A stretch of DNA of 63,409 nucleotides, the filler included, from Basidioascus undulatus (Eukaryota): assembly GCA_000826855.1 (NCBI GenBank). It is 8 parts of 8 records of this genome, joined end to end, with 100 filler letters (N's around TTAATTAATTAA, not from the genome) between each part and the next. Parts side by side here need not be neighbours in the genome. Positions count along the whole stretch, not along the records: positions 47,483 to 52,727 come from JTLS01001977.1; positions 52,828 to 58,072 come from JTLS01001978.1; positions 58,173 to 63,409 come from JTLS01001979.1; 5 more parts are not named here. The stretch is one strand, 5' to 3'. Shown here piece after piece: positions 48,820 to 61,728 of the stretch. A model generated the notes under the pieces. The model had not been told where the DNA came from and did no database searches. It saw only the letters and a program-made list of their open reading frames with translations. A program made the translations under genes and the position numbers. Within the stretch, counting starts at the first letter, position 1, and every line of letters starts with the position of its first letter.

Positions 48820-51235
48820 CGTCGGGGGAGGGGGTGAAAGGAAGAGGGTAAAGTGGTGCAAGTGCGAGTGTGTGTGCGTGTGAACGTACGAGTGCGACTC
48901 GAGGGGCGGGAGTGCGAAGTGGGACAGGAAGCTGGGGAGAGAAGGAATTGTCCTCGCGGCCCGCCTTTTATTCCCCGCTCTTATCTCCCGCCAAGCTCCC
49001 CGCTCCTTCATCGCACATTTCCCAAAGCCCAGTGAGAGGCCCCAGCTCAGCGAGCGAGGTTGCGCGCGCGGAGCGGTGAGGGGGTTCAGTCGACGAAGTT
49101 GCGGATGTAAATGGCCGGCGTGGTCAATACGTTTGCAGATCAGCGAGGATGAAGCGTTTGGGACGACAATGAGGACGTCAAAGAATGCGTCGAACAAGAG
49201 GAGGTTAATGGGGGGGCGGGAAAGGACGAGGGGCGCGGGAGAAGTGGGCGTTGGTTCAGCGAGGGGAGAAGGCAGCAGGAAGGGGCTGTGCCTCAATCTG
49301 AGACTCCTCGTACCAGACTCCCCCTCTCCCTTCATCAACGCACATTAATTAGTTTGTCTCGGTTGGTAGTCTTGTTTCGGTAAGAAGCACGTCTCGTACA
49401 TTCGGACACTGCCGGGTGCAGCCGTCCCCTTCAAGACGGGTGCCTCCGAGAAGAGGACCACCTTCTAGAGGAAGATACGGGTAGCTCGGGAGCACCAGCC
49501 TAGGCGCAAGAGTTGGAAGAGATGGGCGTGATATAAAGAAGCTCAACGAGAAACTCCAAGGTCGAAAGTTGGTCGACGTGCGATTGAAGACGATCGAAAG
49601 ACTAAGCCGCTGAAGTCAGAAGACCGTCTTCGCTGCACCTTCCCGAGAGAACACGTCTTGGGAGGACGCACGACGCTTCCGAACACCACGAAAGGCATGG
49701 AAGCGAACGGCGAGCGTTTTCCGTTTCGATCGATGGGTCAGTTTCGGCGAGCGAGTTGGGCTGGACTCTGTGAGAGCGGGGGCCGCCTACGAGACAACAC
49801 CGCAGATGGTGAGTGTTCGGGAGTTGTAATGAGGATTATCCCACTTTGAGGTCATGAGGGTGCAAGTTGAAGAAGACATGGATCTCGTGGGTCTTCCCAG
49901 AGCATCAGCAGCACCCGTAACCACGGCGCCATGGACTTCCAACACGAGAACCACAAGCGTTTTCCTTCAACGCTTTCACCGCTATTTGCAAACACTGGCG
50001 TATTTGAAATTGCACTAACCTGGTTCATTCACTGTCAGCTCTGGCACTCAGCCACGCCAGATGCACCAGAAGGTAGTGATCGATCCGCTGCGGCTGCCAT
50101 TTCACTTGCCCTGCGTGTCCTTTGGGCGTATCCTTATCGTGTTCCAAAGATTCGGAGGCTTCACCCGTTCCTTGATGTATTGGCATAAAATTTGTAAAGC
50201 AATGTCCGAAGGACACCAGGTACGCGCGTCGAGCTGCGCGGACACCGCGGGCCGCTTGCAAGTGCCAGTTGCTGATCAGGACGGCTTTAACGCAAAGGTC
50301 ACCATCATTCAGTACAAGATCCTGTGCTCTGATCCGCAAATGGATATTCTATGAATTCTCCTCAAGTTCATGGTGTTCTTCAAGTACTTATTCCCTGTCC
50401 ACACCCGCGGAGTCGTAGTACTGCACCAACAATTGAAACTCGCCTGCAGTTGAAAGCTGGTCGACTCGGCACACCCGGGCCTGGACAACGTGAATCACAT
50501 AGCGATGGGGGTCAAAAGAGGTAAAATCAAAGATATTTCGAGTTGTAGCAGCCTGATTCACTCTCGAGATGAAAGGTGCATTTGCGAGCCCCGCTGAAAA
50601 TGTGCTGGCAGCCGCATTCACCAGTGTGGTCCCTCGTATCTCGGAAGAGACTATAGATAAGCGGCGGCTTTGATCCGCTTACCTACAAAGGACTACGAAG
50701 AATATATAGACAGACCTACTTTCACATGTTATCCTTCATGAATGATTATTTTCAGTCATCCAGCTAAGAAGGCACCGCCCCCAACAGCGATTGAATTGCC
50801 TCGTCGAGCCTGGGCCCGTTAGTTGGCCGGCCTCACACGAGGCCACACGCCCACACTATTGGCAATTGCAAGCGACTGAATGTGGTAAAAATAACTCATA
50901 TGCAATGGAGCGGTCTGTGGCATACGAAACAACCTTGATAAAAACGGTTGCAACGCGTTTGATCGAACGAGAGCCCGCAGCAGGCTCTTGAACGTGCCAA
51001 GGTCACCCTCGTAGCGGTAAGCGCGCTGCTACCCAGCGAGCACCGCCCCTGTCCCTTCTTGCCTTTGACCACGACGAGCCTGCTACGACCTCAACCGCAA
51101 CCACCAGGCCGCTCACCTTGAGGAAAGGGGCTCTGTCGTGTATCTCGCTCAAATACCCTTCAGAACACACCTTATCGACGCGCCGTACATACACCAGATT
51201 CCCACGGTCCCCCATACCCTTCCCACGAGCCCAAG

Positions 51236-52727
51236 ATGCCCCCTCCGTCGATCCTCCCCCGGGCGCTGCAGCACTCGTCGGCGCGGGACAGCAAGGCGAA
51301 GGGCAAGATGGACCGCTCGCGCTCGTGCAGGCTGTTTGCGTCTTACCTCCCAGACTGGATCATCACTGCACTCCTCTGGTGCGCACCCCTGTGCTCACGC
51401 GACCATGGTTTGTGGGGCCAGGCTCACTCATGAATTGAATGTGGGATGGCGGCGCAGCGGGTTGTTGTACTTGGTGGACAAGGTGCATGGGTACTTTAGG
51501 GAGTTCAGCTTGACGGACACCAGGTGTGTGCCTTCTTCCCTCTCTGGAAAGTGGGCAGACAGAGGCCTTCTCACCCGGGGCTCGTACTCTCACAGCATCC
51601 AGCATACGTACGCCGTCACCGAGCGCATATCCATGACCATGCTGGGCATTTACGCTGGCGCGATACCCGCCATCCTCATCCTCCTCATCGCGCTCCTCTA
51701 CTACCGGTGCGCACGCAGTCTTCTCTTTCCACCCGCCCGACGGTCCGACGACTGAGTGTATGGGTGTGCGGAACAGCTCGTACTGGGACTGGCACAACGG
51801 CTGGCTCGGCCTTCTCCTCTCGATCTCAATCACCCTCGTTATCACTACCGTCGTCAAGGTGCGTTGATTTCCCTCCCCTCCCCCTCCCCCTCGCCTCGAA
51901 GCTGACATCTTCCACTCACTCATGTGTAGGTCTGCGTGGGCCGGTACGCTTTCCCTCCACTCGCATCCTCCTTCCACAGTCTCAAAGAAACCGTGATCCT
52001 CTCCCGCAGGCCCCGCCCAGACCTAATCGACCGCTGCCAGCCCCTCCCCGGCTCTTCCAACGCGCCCGTCTACGGCCTCGCGACATCCGCGATCTGCACG
52101 CAGACAGACTTCCACATCCTCCAGGACGGGTTCCGCAGCTTCCCGTCGGGCCACTCGTCCAGTGCGTATCCTGCCAAATGTTCAGATGAGCCAGCTGATC
52201 TGATGTGCCTGCCGGACTGGGAAACTAGCCGGCTTCGGCGGGCTCGGATACTTGTCGCTCTACCTCGCGGGCAAGATGCACCTCTTTGACAAGCGCGGGT
52301 TCACGGTGTGTCTGGATTCGTCATATTCTGTCGCACTATGCTGAAAGGTGGCTGTGCGTTTAGGCCAAAGCGTGGATCTCGATGATTCCCTGGCTCGGCG
52401 TGCGTCCCTCCACCCCTCCCATACCTTCTTCCCTTCAGCGCTGACCCCTCTCCTCACACAGGCCGCCCTCATCGCCATCTCGTGCGTCCGACCTCCCACT
52501 CTCGCCCCGCTAGCTCTTTAGCTGACGCAACCCCCCCTGCCCCCCTCGCAGCCGCACGATGGATTACCGCCACCACGCGACGGACGTCCTTACCGGGGCG
52601 ATCCTCGGCACGGTCGTGGCCTACTTCTCCTACCACCAGTCCTACCCGCCTCTCACGCACCCGCTCGTCCGTCCCCCAGCTTTCCTGTGAGGTGCGCTGC
52701 GGCGTCGGAAGGCCCTGTGCGGCCTGT
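51236..52727 (+). CDS. PAP2-family lipid phosphate phosphatase (Dpp1/Lpp1-like), 3' end lost at the contig end
   Basis: SYLPDWII, FREFSLTDT/SIQHTYAVTERI, WDWHNGWLGL; catalytic motifs K/VCVGR/PRPDLIDRCQP, SFPSGHSS and S/RTMDYRHHATDVLTG. Confidence 0.92.
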
Positions 52728-53851
52728 NNNNNNNNNNNNNNNNNNNNNNNNNNNNNNNNNNNNNNNNNNNNTTAATTAATTAANNNNNNNNNNNNNNNNN
52801 NNNNNNNNNNNNNNNNNNNNNNNNNNNGGGGGGGGGAGGGGGGGTAGGAGGGACGATGGGTATGATCGGCGGGGGGGCGGCATGAGGGGCTGGGATGACT
52901 GATGGCCGCAGCGTGGCTCGGTGTTGTATTCATACCCCACGGAACGTGCAAAATGCGCAGACTTTGTTCAGGCCATATCTGAGGCTCATCTGTGTGGCGG
53001 ACATGCCGCATACATGAAGCCTGCGTGCATGCATTTGCCCGAGTCCGGGCCGTCGTCCTCGCCTTCTTCCTCGCCCCCTTCCCTTTGGATGTCACTCAGA
53101 TCTTCGCCTTCTCCTCGCCTGACTCGAGCTTGATGTGCTCGCACGATCCGCACCCCGACGAAGCCGTGCACTGGCAGCTTGCTCCGCCTGCCTCTCCAAG
53201 TCAGCGCTCATCCGCCTTGAGGTTTCAAGATGCAGGCTGTTGCGCACACTTGCAGCAGTTGACGAGGGGCAAGGTGGGCGAGCTGGAGTGAGCCGTTGAG
53301 TTAATGGTCTGTACTCCAGCAGAGGGTAGAGGTGAACGGGCCATGGCCGTAAAATTGTTATCTCTGAGCGAGGCAAGCAAGATGTTAATGAAAATGCCCA
53401 ATGGGAAAGTGCAGGGTCGCAACGCTCAAGGACGCTCAAGAGGCTGTTGTAGTTGTGGGGGAAAGTTGTGTGACGCTTCAGTCCAGTTATGTACCGGTTC
53501 AAGGCGAATGGTACTCTCGAACTGACAAGAAGGTGGGCTGGCGTGGCAAGGATGTCGGGTAAACTGATTGGACGCACTGATACGGTAGCCGCGCGGGTAG
53601 CGAAGTTCAGCCAGAACGGAGGGTGATTTGTCATAAACGACTTCATTAAGGACTTTGCTCGATAATGTGAGTTTCGAGGAATAGTGGATTTGCGGACGAC
53701 ATGCACATAGCCATTACCTGCTGCCAGCTTCTTCTCGTCAAGTCGCTGCTCCCGCTCACTTGGGTCTGCAACATACAAACTCTCTCACAGTGCGGCCTAG
53801 CGCTACAGCACGGTCCTTCAGAAAATTCATATCCCAATCTTTGCAACAACC

Positions 53852-54786
53852 TCAATGCGTCAAGCACAGACTAACCAAAACGCATGACAGAGTTTCCCCC
53901 CGCCCTTCCCAAATGGTACCCTCGATGGCTAGGTGCATCATCAAAGCGGATGCAGACAGCGACGGACGTTCGCGCGAGATGTCGACAACTTCGCCTGTGC
54001 ATTGGGACGTCCACCAGTCATGCGAGCGTTGCCGTGCTTCGGTCAACGTGGACCAGAACACGGCGGCGGACCAGTCCAAGGGCGCATCAAGAAAGAGATC
54101 CCCGCGAAAGTCTACGAACAAGCATTTTGTCAACGACGGTTTACGTTTGATAAAGTCTCGAGTGTGCAGCAACATGGGGTCCATCGTCTCCAGCGTCGGT
54201 TGGAACAGGACATCGTCAACGGACGAAACGATGCTATCTATCTTGGGCAACATGGTCGCGACTGGCAACTTGAGACCAATGTATATATGAGATTTTCCAA
54301 AGTCCATCCATGGAGAGGTCGCCACGCGCTTCAGATGGGAGAGCGAGTTTGAATCCGGCATGATGAGCACAACGTCGAAAAAGGCTAGTTCGACGAGTCC
54401 CTTCAGGCTGAAAATTGCTCTCGATAGCGGCGAGTCCTCGCGTAGGTGATGTTCGCTGGACACGGCCAAGATCCGCCAGCTGGTCGAGCATTGGGTCGGA
54501 AGGCCAGGTCCGCGTGTCGATCGAGAGCACCGCGAACGAGTGGACCTTGGTCGCAAGCGAGGCGCTGGCGCTGAGAGCATTCGAGAACGCCCCCAGCTGC
54601 TCATCGTCCTTGGTGACGAGGGACTCGTATTGCTTTCGAGCGATCGGGAGAAGCGAGTGCGAGATGAGGCAAAGCGCCGAGAGGGTCAGCCAATCGCGGC
54701 TGTATGCGAGCGAGCGGGTGCGGCGGCTTTGCAGCGAGCTCCACGATATGCGCCAGGATATCGAAAGGGAGGCAAGGGACTGCCAT
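53852..54786 (-). pseudogene. Frameshifted F-box-like/LRR-like protein gene
   Basis: MAVPCLPFDILAHIVELA (F-box-like start), then a shift to PIARKQYESLVTKDDEQLGAFSNALSASASLATKVHSF, and a second shift to AIFSLKGLVELAFFDV. Confidence 0.55.
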
Positions 54787-56380
54787 TACTGTGTCATTAC
54801 GATCTATTACAACTTTCCCACGCCCGTGACGTTTGAACTTTTTGATTGCAATCTTGCAACAGGTGCAGTGTGGGTGACAGATACAGCTGTGAGTGGGTGC
54901 TGCATGCGCTGCTGCTGGAGAAGTTGCGCCGGCTGAGCACTGAGGTTGACATTTGAAACACAGAAAGTATGGATGTACTAATGAACAAAAGCCATTTTGT
55001 GCACATAGGGATGTGTATGTGGTCGTAGGTACTCGTGGGCTTGCTGCCGCGAGTCCCTTCTAAGAATGGAATCTTGAGACTGCCTAAATACGTCGTTTCT
55101 AACATTCCCCATCTACCACAATGATCCTCGACCTCACCCACATTACATGTAAGCAACTCCTGCCAGTCTCTGCCAGTAATCCATCCAGCTCTGGTGCAAG
55201 CGCCAGAGCCTGTACATCGATCTATCGATCTATCCAGTCAGAACCACAACGTGCTCCTTTCCATGGCCAAGATATTCCGCCCAGCAGCACAATAGTAGCA
55301 CAGCGCGCATCTCTCACAACGCAGACAACATCACATGATGGTCGTTCCACTGCCAAGATGCACCTGGTCCTCAAACACTCCGCTATGGTCCTTGATGCCG
55401 CATGCAGCTCAGTTGGAATGCGAGCAAGCACCGCAGTTGTTCTCGGCGGTGCAGCCGCACGAGCTGCCGCCTGATCAGACGTTCACCGTTGCGCATCAGC
55501 GGCAGTTTCGACTTCCTCCCGTTCTTTCCAGCGAACGCAGATAAGAAGGACTCGATACGCACAGTTGCAGTCGCCCTCGGCGTTGACGCACTGGGAGATG
55601 GAGACGATGGAGATCTTGATTGGAAAATAAAAGAGATTAGCAAGACAGCGCGCACATTGCGTGCTGCGGAGCAGTGTGCTTGAGACGTGCCATTTTTCGG
55701 TGGATGGGGGTATGTGAGTGGTTGAGTTGGTCGTGAGGGTCGTGATGGTGGTTTGGAGGAAAGAGATGACTGGTGGCAAGCCAGTATTTATGCAGGACGG
55801 AGGACAGGACGGGCAATATCGCGCCCGGGGTGCCACGTACGGCAAACCTTGGGCAAACCTACGTGTGGTCCGCGCCCAATTGTCCTTGTCTTCCCACAAG
55901 GTCCGTGCTCGTCCGCATGCATTTGAACGGATAGCGCGTGCCTGGCAATCTCAGCACGGGACAACGCCGCCCAGGCCCGCAAGATTCAATATCGTCTCCA
56001 GGGTGCCACAACACATGTAGCGTTTATGGGACAACAGATACACATGCGAGACCGCAAGCGAAAGCGAAAGGTAAAGCGAAGGCAGCACCGCAGCGAGCCG
56101 CGGCGAAAATGAAAGGGCATTGAAAGAGATAGTTGCGTATGAGCGACAATGCGAGGCGTGGGCTGCGACAACGAGCGAGTGTTGATAGCGAACGAGGAGC
56201 AATATGACATAAGTGTGGGTGATGGTCCAATAAAAGAGTGAATCTCGGCCGGAAACAAAAGCCGCCGAGCTCGGATCCCAAGTGTGCGTGTACGAGAGCA
56301 AGCGAAGGTGGATTAAAAAGCGGGATAAGATAGGTTAAAGGAGGAAGAGGGAATGAGGAAGGGAATACGAAGGACGACGC

Positions 56381-58072
56381 CTAGACGCAGATGGCGATGG
56401 CTCCCTCCCCGCCTGCGATGACCGCCGCGATGGCCGCGCTGCGCATGACGATCTCCCACTGTGCGCGCGTAACAAGCGGCTCAAAGACCTTGGCGAGCGG
56501 CACAAACATGCTGCGATCCCCGCCGCGGGAGCGGCGGGTGGTCCAGCCGCCGCTGCCCCGGCGCTCATGCTCCGGCTGGTGGTAGGCGTGGGGTGTGATG
56601 CTCTCGGGTTCGGGGGCCGTCTCTGGGTCCTCGTGGGGCACGGCCGCGAGGTCGTAGTTGAGGAAGCTGGGCGCGAGGCTTGTGTCGGCGATGGCGACGA
56701 CGCCGGCTTCGAGGTCGACGTCAATGTCGTCGATGTGCGACGGCCGCCGCTTCTCCTTGAGGTAGACGAGGTGCGCGGGCAGCGGCGGCGGCGGCGTCGG
56801 GAGCCGCCCGAACGGCGACTCGGACGGATCCTCGGAGAAGACGAACGGCGCGGCGGCGGCGGTGTGCTCGTCGTGCGGGGAGGAGAGCTTCCGGGACGGG
56901 GAGTGCGAGAAGGTGTGCGAGGTCGAGGTGGAGGACATCGAGCAGGAGCGAGAGGAATGGGAGAGGTGCAGGTTCGGGACGGTGGGGGACAGCTCGGAGA
57001 GGAGCTGCGGAGGCGTTGAGAGCGCTGGGAGGACGGGGCTGGTCGTGACCTGTGTTCAGAGGGGGCGCACGTTAGTGTTGGGCAGAGCAACAAAGGTGGC
57101 AGTAGTACGTACTGGTCGCTCAAGCTCGAAGGGGTGCAGTTGTCGCGCCTCACCGAAGAGGAAGATGACTAGGCAAACTGATCATGGGGATGAGGATCAG
57201 TACCCGGTAATGGTATCCGAAAATGAAGCTACTCACTCCATGCAAGCCCGCGATGAACACCGTCGTGCCAAACCACCAAATCGGGATCGCGCCCCCCGCC
57301 GTCCTCTTCGCCTGCGCGCCCCCTGCGCCAGCCTCGCAACGAGCACCATCGCGACGCCCACCAAGTTCACCAGACCCCCGACAACAAGCGCGAACCACCC
57401 GCGCTGGCGGCCGGCGTTGCAGGCCGCCTTACTCGCGAAGCGCGCGCAGCTCTCGCGGAGCATCTCAATCGTCTGCTCGCGGGCTGCCGCGCTGCCCGAG
57501 CTCGAGCAGCGCTGCGACGGCGGATGCGGGGAGGTTAAGCTGGTACGGCGAGGAGGGGAGGAGTAGCGATGGAGCGGTTGTACTGGTCGGACAGGGCGGA
57601 GAGCACGCCTTGGTGCGCGGGGTCGGTCGACGCGGGGAGGCTCGCATAGACGGATTCGTAGTGGTTTAGCCAGCGCAGGTAGTATCTGTGTGATAATGGG
57701 GAGGAAATGAAGGAAAATTGAAAAGCATGCAATCAGTAAAGGCACGGTTCACGCTAAACTACCACCAGCTCCCCACGAGCTTCGCGTGGTTTGGCCGATC
57801 GGCAGCAATCCAGCCCCGGGCACGGAAGAAATGAGCACAGCGATCCCAACCACAACAAAGACCCACAGATTCTCAACCGCGTGCTCCTGGTATATGAGGT
57901 AATCTTGAAAGTCGACGAGTGTCTGGCGAGCCTCCAAGCGTCAGTCTTCGCGCATCGCGATTGCGGCTGACCCCGGACGCACCAAGGGCGGGAGGTGCTC
58001 GTTCCCGAGGATCTGCTCGAGCGTGATGCTGCTAAGGGGCGTGCTCGTGCATGAGCGGACCTTTGCGCGCGG
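56381..58072 (-). pseudogene. Fungal RGS-domain transmembrane protein with several frame disruptions, 5' end lost
   Basis: ITLEQILGNEHLPPL/TLVDFQDYLIYQEHAVENL (RGS-like), LLPSSPYQLNLP, AREQTIEMLRESCARF, TM segments GWFALVVGGLVNLVGV and IPIWWFGTTVFIAGLHGV/CLVIFLFGEARQLHPFEL, FVPLAKVFEPLVTRAQWEIV. Frame changes near 57570, 57485 and 57320. Confidence 0.7.
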
Positions 58073-58304
58073 NNNNNNNNNNNNNNNNNNNNNNNNNNNN
58101 NNNNNNNNNNNNNNNNTTAATTAATTAANNNNNNNNNNNNNNNNNNNNNNNNNNNNNNNNNNNNNNNNNNNNCCTCTCTAACCGCCTTCCTGTGCCTGGA
58201 GAAGACCCAGACACTCCGTACCCTCACACCGTCTTCCTCTGAAAACATCACCCCGACTCACGGTCATAATACACTGCGACTTGTTCGCACCTCAGGGCCT
58301 CAGC

Positions 58305-58685
58305 ATGCGCCTCCTTTCCCTCAGCCTGCTCCCCCTCCTCGCCCTCTGCCTCCTTTCTGTCTCAGCTAGTGCCCCGGCGCGCCGCGAGTTGCCGGACGTA
58401 GCCAGCGAGCTCGTGAGGCTTGTTGAGAAGGTCTTGGGTAGAAAGGGCAAGAAGGGCCACAAGGGCCCGAAGCGGGTGCGTTTCCATCTGCTTGCAGGGT
58501 CACCCAGGATTCCCAAAACAAGACTGACTGACCAATTTGGCCTGTTTAGAACAACCCAGGACATCTGCGACCAAGGGAACTTCCTTTACGGTAGGGAGTT
58601 TTCTGAGTCTGTCGACCAGATACCCGCAACGTGCACGGCAATTCCGGGTTGCATCGACTGGACGTTTGTTACGTCTGTTCAATAG
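58305..58685 (+). CDS. Small secreted Cys-containing protein (may extend to ~58850 through a frameshift)
   Basis: Signal peptide MRLLSLSLLPLLALCLLSVSA, RR dibasic site, Lys/Gly-rich linker, intron donor at 58476, then DICDQG...TCTAIPGCIDWTF. Confidence 0.55.
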   Translation: MRLLSLSLLPLLALCLLSVSASAPARRELPDVASELVRLVEKVLGRKGKKGHKGPKRVRFHLLAGSPRIPKTRLTDQFGLFRTTQDICDQGNFLYGREFSESVDQIPATCTAIPGCIDWTFVTSVQ

Positions 58686-59369
58686 GGGAATGGAACTACT
58701 GTTGACGAATGTCGCACGGTCACTCATCCTTGATGCCGGTTCTCGGCCTGGTTCTGCGGCCTGTCCTGCGGGCATCGTCGACGCGACTGTGACACAGCAG
58801 GCAGGGTCCGTCTTTGGTCCTGGCCCATGCACCGGCAGAATCACTCATGATCATCTTGTGTCTGAATATATCCTAATTTCAAAGGACTCGTCCTCATTCT
58901 GCCATCCTGCATGTCGACGTTTGCACCAGTTGAAGCTCGCGGCCCTCCTTTCATTCTGGCACAGTTTTCCTTCTACATGACAAGACCATATTTTTTTATT
59001 TATATTATTCCGGTATTCTTCGTAGCCCTTCAATGAGCAGGGTAATTGAAAGTGATACTGGTGGGAGACGAGAGGGCTCTCTGGCCTGCCTGTCGGCTGT
59101 CCTTCAGCGCCCCAAGACTTCGGGAAACCGTCCGAAGTTTGTATAGACTCACATCAATGTTTTTCGGTGGAGCACTCTACAATGATCGTAAAGCAGGAAG
59201 GCATGGCTTCTGCTGTACGATAATCGCAGGACAATTGACGCCATTCCAAGGTGGAGTTCACGTGGACGGCGGCATCTTCCCTTGTTCCTTTGTCCGTCAT
59301 CGCCCGGTCCGCTGCCTCTTGTACTCTGACGTCGATCTTCTCTTTCCCATCGCCCATCAGCAATCAAGC

Positions 59370-61728
59370 ATGCGTCTCTCCCCCTGGCTCCCACTCCTAC
59401 CAGTCTCGCTGGCGCTCCAGCTCCCCTTTCAGCTCCCCTTCCTCCGCCCGTCCTCCTCCCCAGACAGCCCGACGGTCTCCTCGGCACCGCAGCCCAAGCG
59501 CATAGCCATTGTCGGTGCCGGCCCCGCGGGGTCGAGCGCGGCCTTCTTCTTCTCCCGCGCGGCGAGACAAGCGGGCGAGGATGTGGAGATTGTCGTTTTT
59601 GAGAAGGAGGGCAGGGTCGGGGGACGTGAGTCTCTCAACTCGGGCCTGTGGACAGCCGAGACGAGAGGCTGAGAGAGACGCGTGGCGGAAATAGGCACGA
59701 CTACCGTTCAACCGTATGATGACCCGGAACTCGAGCCTGTCGAATTTGGGGCGAGTATCTTCGTCGATGCCAACAAGAACATGATGAAGGCCGCCAAGGT
59801 CCGTTTCCCCTGCGTGCGCGGCACCTGCGTCTGATGCGGAGGTATTGGGAGGGAACCGCAGGCGTTTAACCTTACGCTCAGGGAGGACGAGCCTGAGGCG
59901 CTTGAGGGGGAGGACAGCGTGGGGATCTGGGATGGAAAGGAGTTCGTGTTCGAGGTGCGTTGCTGTGAGAGCAGACGGAGCGAGCGAAGGGTGTGAGGGA
60001 CTCATCGGCTGTTACTTCACACTGGTGTACAGAGCTCGAACTGGAGCTGGTGGAACACCGCAAAGATGGTGTACGCTCTTCGTCTCTCTTTGTGGAGGCA
60101 CCCCATCTGACGAACCCCGAACCCGCTGCAGCTGGCGCTACGGAGTCCGCGCGCCCCTCCGAGCCCGTTCTCTGTCCGTCCGATCTCAATCATCTTTCCA
60201 CTTCTTCCACCATCTTACCCCCTCCTTCCCCACGCAGCACCAAATCCGCGGTCTCCTCCTTCCTCTCCCTCTACTCGCCGGCGTTCCTCGCCGCGAACGC
60301 GCCTGCAGGGCACCCGGCCGCGCTCCTGGCGCAGCTGAACTTTACGGACCTGGTAGCGCAGGATGCGCTGGGGTACTTGGTGGGGAATGGGGTGGACAGG
60401 CGGTTTGCCGAGGAGGTCGTGGAGGCTGCTACGAGAGTCAATGTGCGTTGTGACCTTCCCGAGGAGAATGGCGGGTGTAGGTGAGTGGATGCTGTGCTGA
60501 GGTGAGGGTCGATCTGGTCGGTACGGGTAGTATGGCACGGATCTGGGTGTCATCCATGCGGTGGGCGCGCTTGTGAGCCTGGCCGGCAGCGGGGGGACGC
60601 AGATCAAGGGCGGGAACTGGCAGGTGCGTCGCTTCCTTCTCCACATCGCCCTTATATGCTTACGCATTTGCATTTGCACACAGGTGTTCGAGAAGATGGT
60701 CGAACACAGCAATGCCACAGTGCACTACAACACGACCGTGCACCATCCCTCATTATTCCCTGTGCTCTCCTTGTCTTACAAACGCAAACCCTACAGGTCC
60801 TCGCCGTCTCCGCCCTTCCCGTCTCACCCCCGAAATATACGCTCACAACCACAACAACCTCCTCTGCCCTCTCCGCCGCGTCCTCCACATTCGATGCTGT
60901 GTTCCTCGCGCTCCCCCCGCACTCGCTGCCCTCGCTGCCCGCCTCTGCCCTCGCCCCGCCCAAAACGCCCTACATCCCCCTCCACGTAACGCTCTTCACA
61001 ACCTCTTCTCCTCACTACGCCTACCCGCCGCCCTCGTCCTCATCCTCGCACCCGCCCTCGATGGTCCTGACCTCTCACGAGGCTTTGCGCGCGGGGAAGC
61101 TGGAGGCGAGACTTCCCTTCAACTCGGTCAATTATCTGAGGAAGATCGAAAGAGAGCGACGGGATGAGTGGGTCGTCAAGGTCTTTTCGGAGGGAGAGAT
61201 GTCGCTGCAGGATCTGGAGGGCTTTGTTGGGGTGGGGAAGGTCGGGTGGGTTAAGAGGAGGCTGTTTTATGCTTACCCCAGGTGCGCCGCACCTTCCCTC
61301 TCTGAGTTCCTTCTGCGCGTCCCGGATCTCGGAACTGAACTTTATGTTGATGCATGCAGGTTGGTTACCAACCCTGAGTTCGCGCCCTTTGAGCTCGACG
61401 AGAACCTGTACTACCCCAGCGCGTTCGGTGCGTCCCTTTTCCTGCCCTTCTCTCTCCTAGCCCCCATCTGCCTCCGCTTCGGCACACCTCACCCCAATTC
61501 AACTCAACCCGCTTACCCGGCTTATCTCCTTCCCCATTCCCCCCTACAGAGCCCTTCATCTCCACCATGGACACCCAGACTCTCGCAGCGCGGAACGTCG
61601 TCGGGCTGCTAGCGGAGAAGTGGGGCTGGGGAGGGTGGGGCGATGGGTGTTCTCCGGAAGCGGAGGAAACGGAGACGGAGGGGAAAGAAGAGGGGAGCGG
61701 GGAAGAGGTGTGGACGTGGCTTTGCTGA
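59370..61728 (+). CDS. Prenylcysteine oxidase/lyase (PCYOX1-like FAD flavoprotein), multi-exon
   Basis: Signal peptide; Rossmann motif RIAIVGAGPAGSSAA...FEKEGRVGGR; PVEFGASIFVDANKNMMKAA, VEAATRVN/YGTD...IHAVGALVSLA...IKGGNWQ/VFEKM, YIPLHVTLFTT, FNSVNY, KVFS, AYP, EPFISTMDTQTLAARNVV; TGA at 61726-61728. Confidence 0.92.

Noticed and set aside
49350..51100. Possible decayed gene here (likewise 19600-20800, 30353-31293 and 61900-63409)
   Set aside because: Fragmentary ORFs with no family recognisable by eye; a blastx search would be needed.
36790..61728. Isoprenoid/lipid 'cluster' (HMG-CoA synthase fragment, PAP2 phosphatase, prenylcysteine oxidase)
   Set aside because: The genes lie on different, artificially joined contigs.
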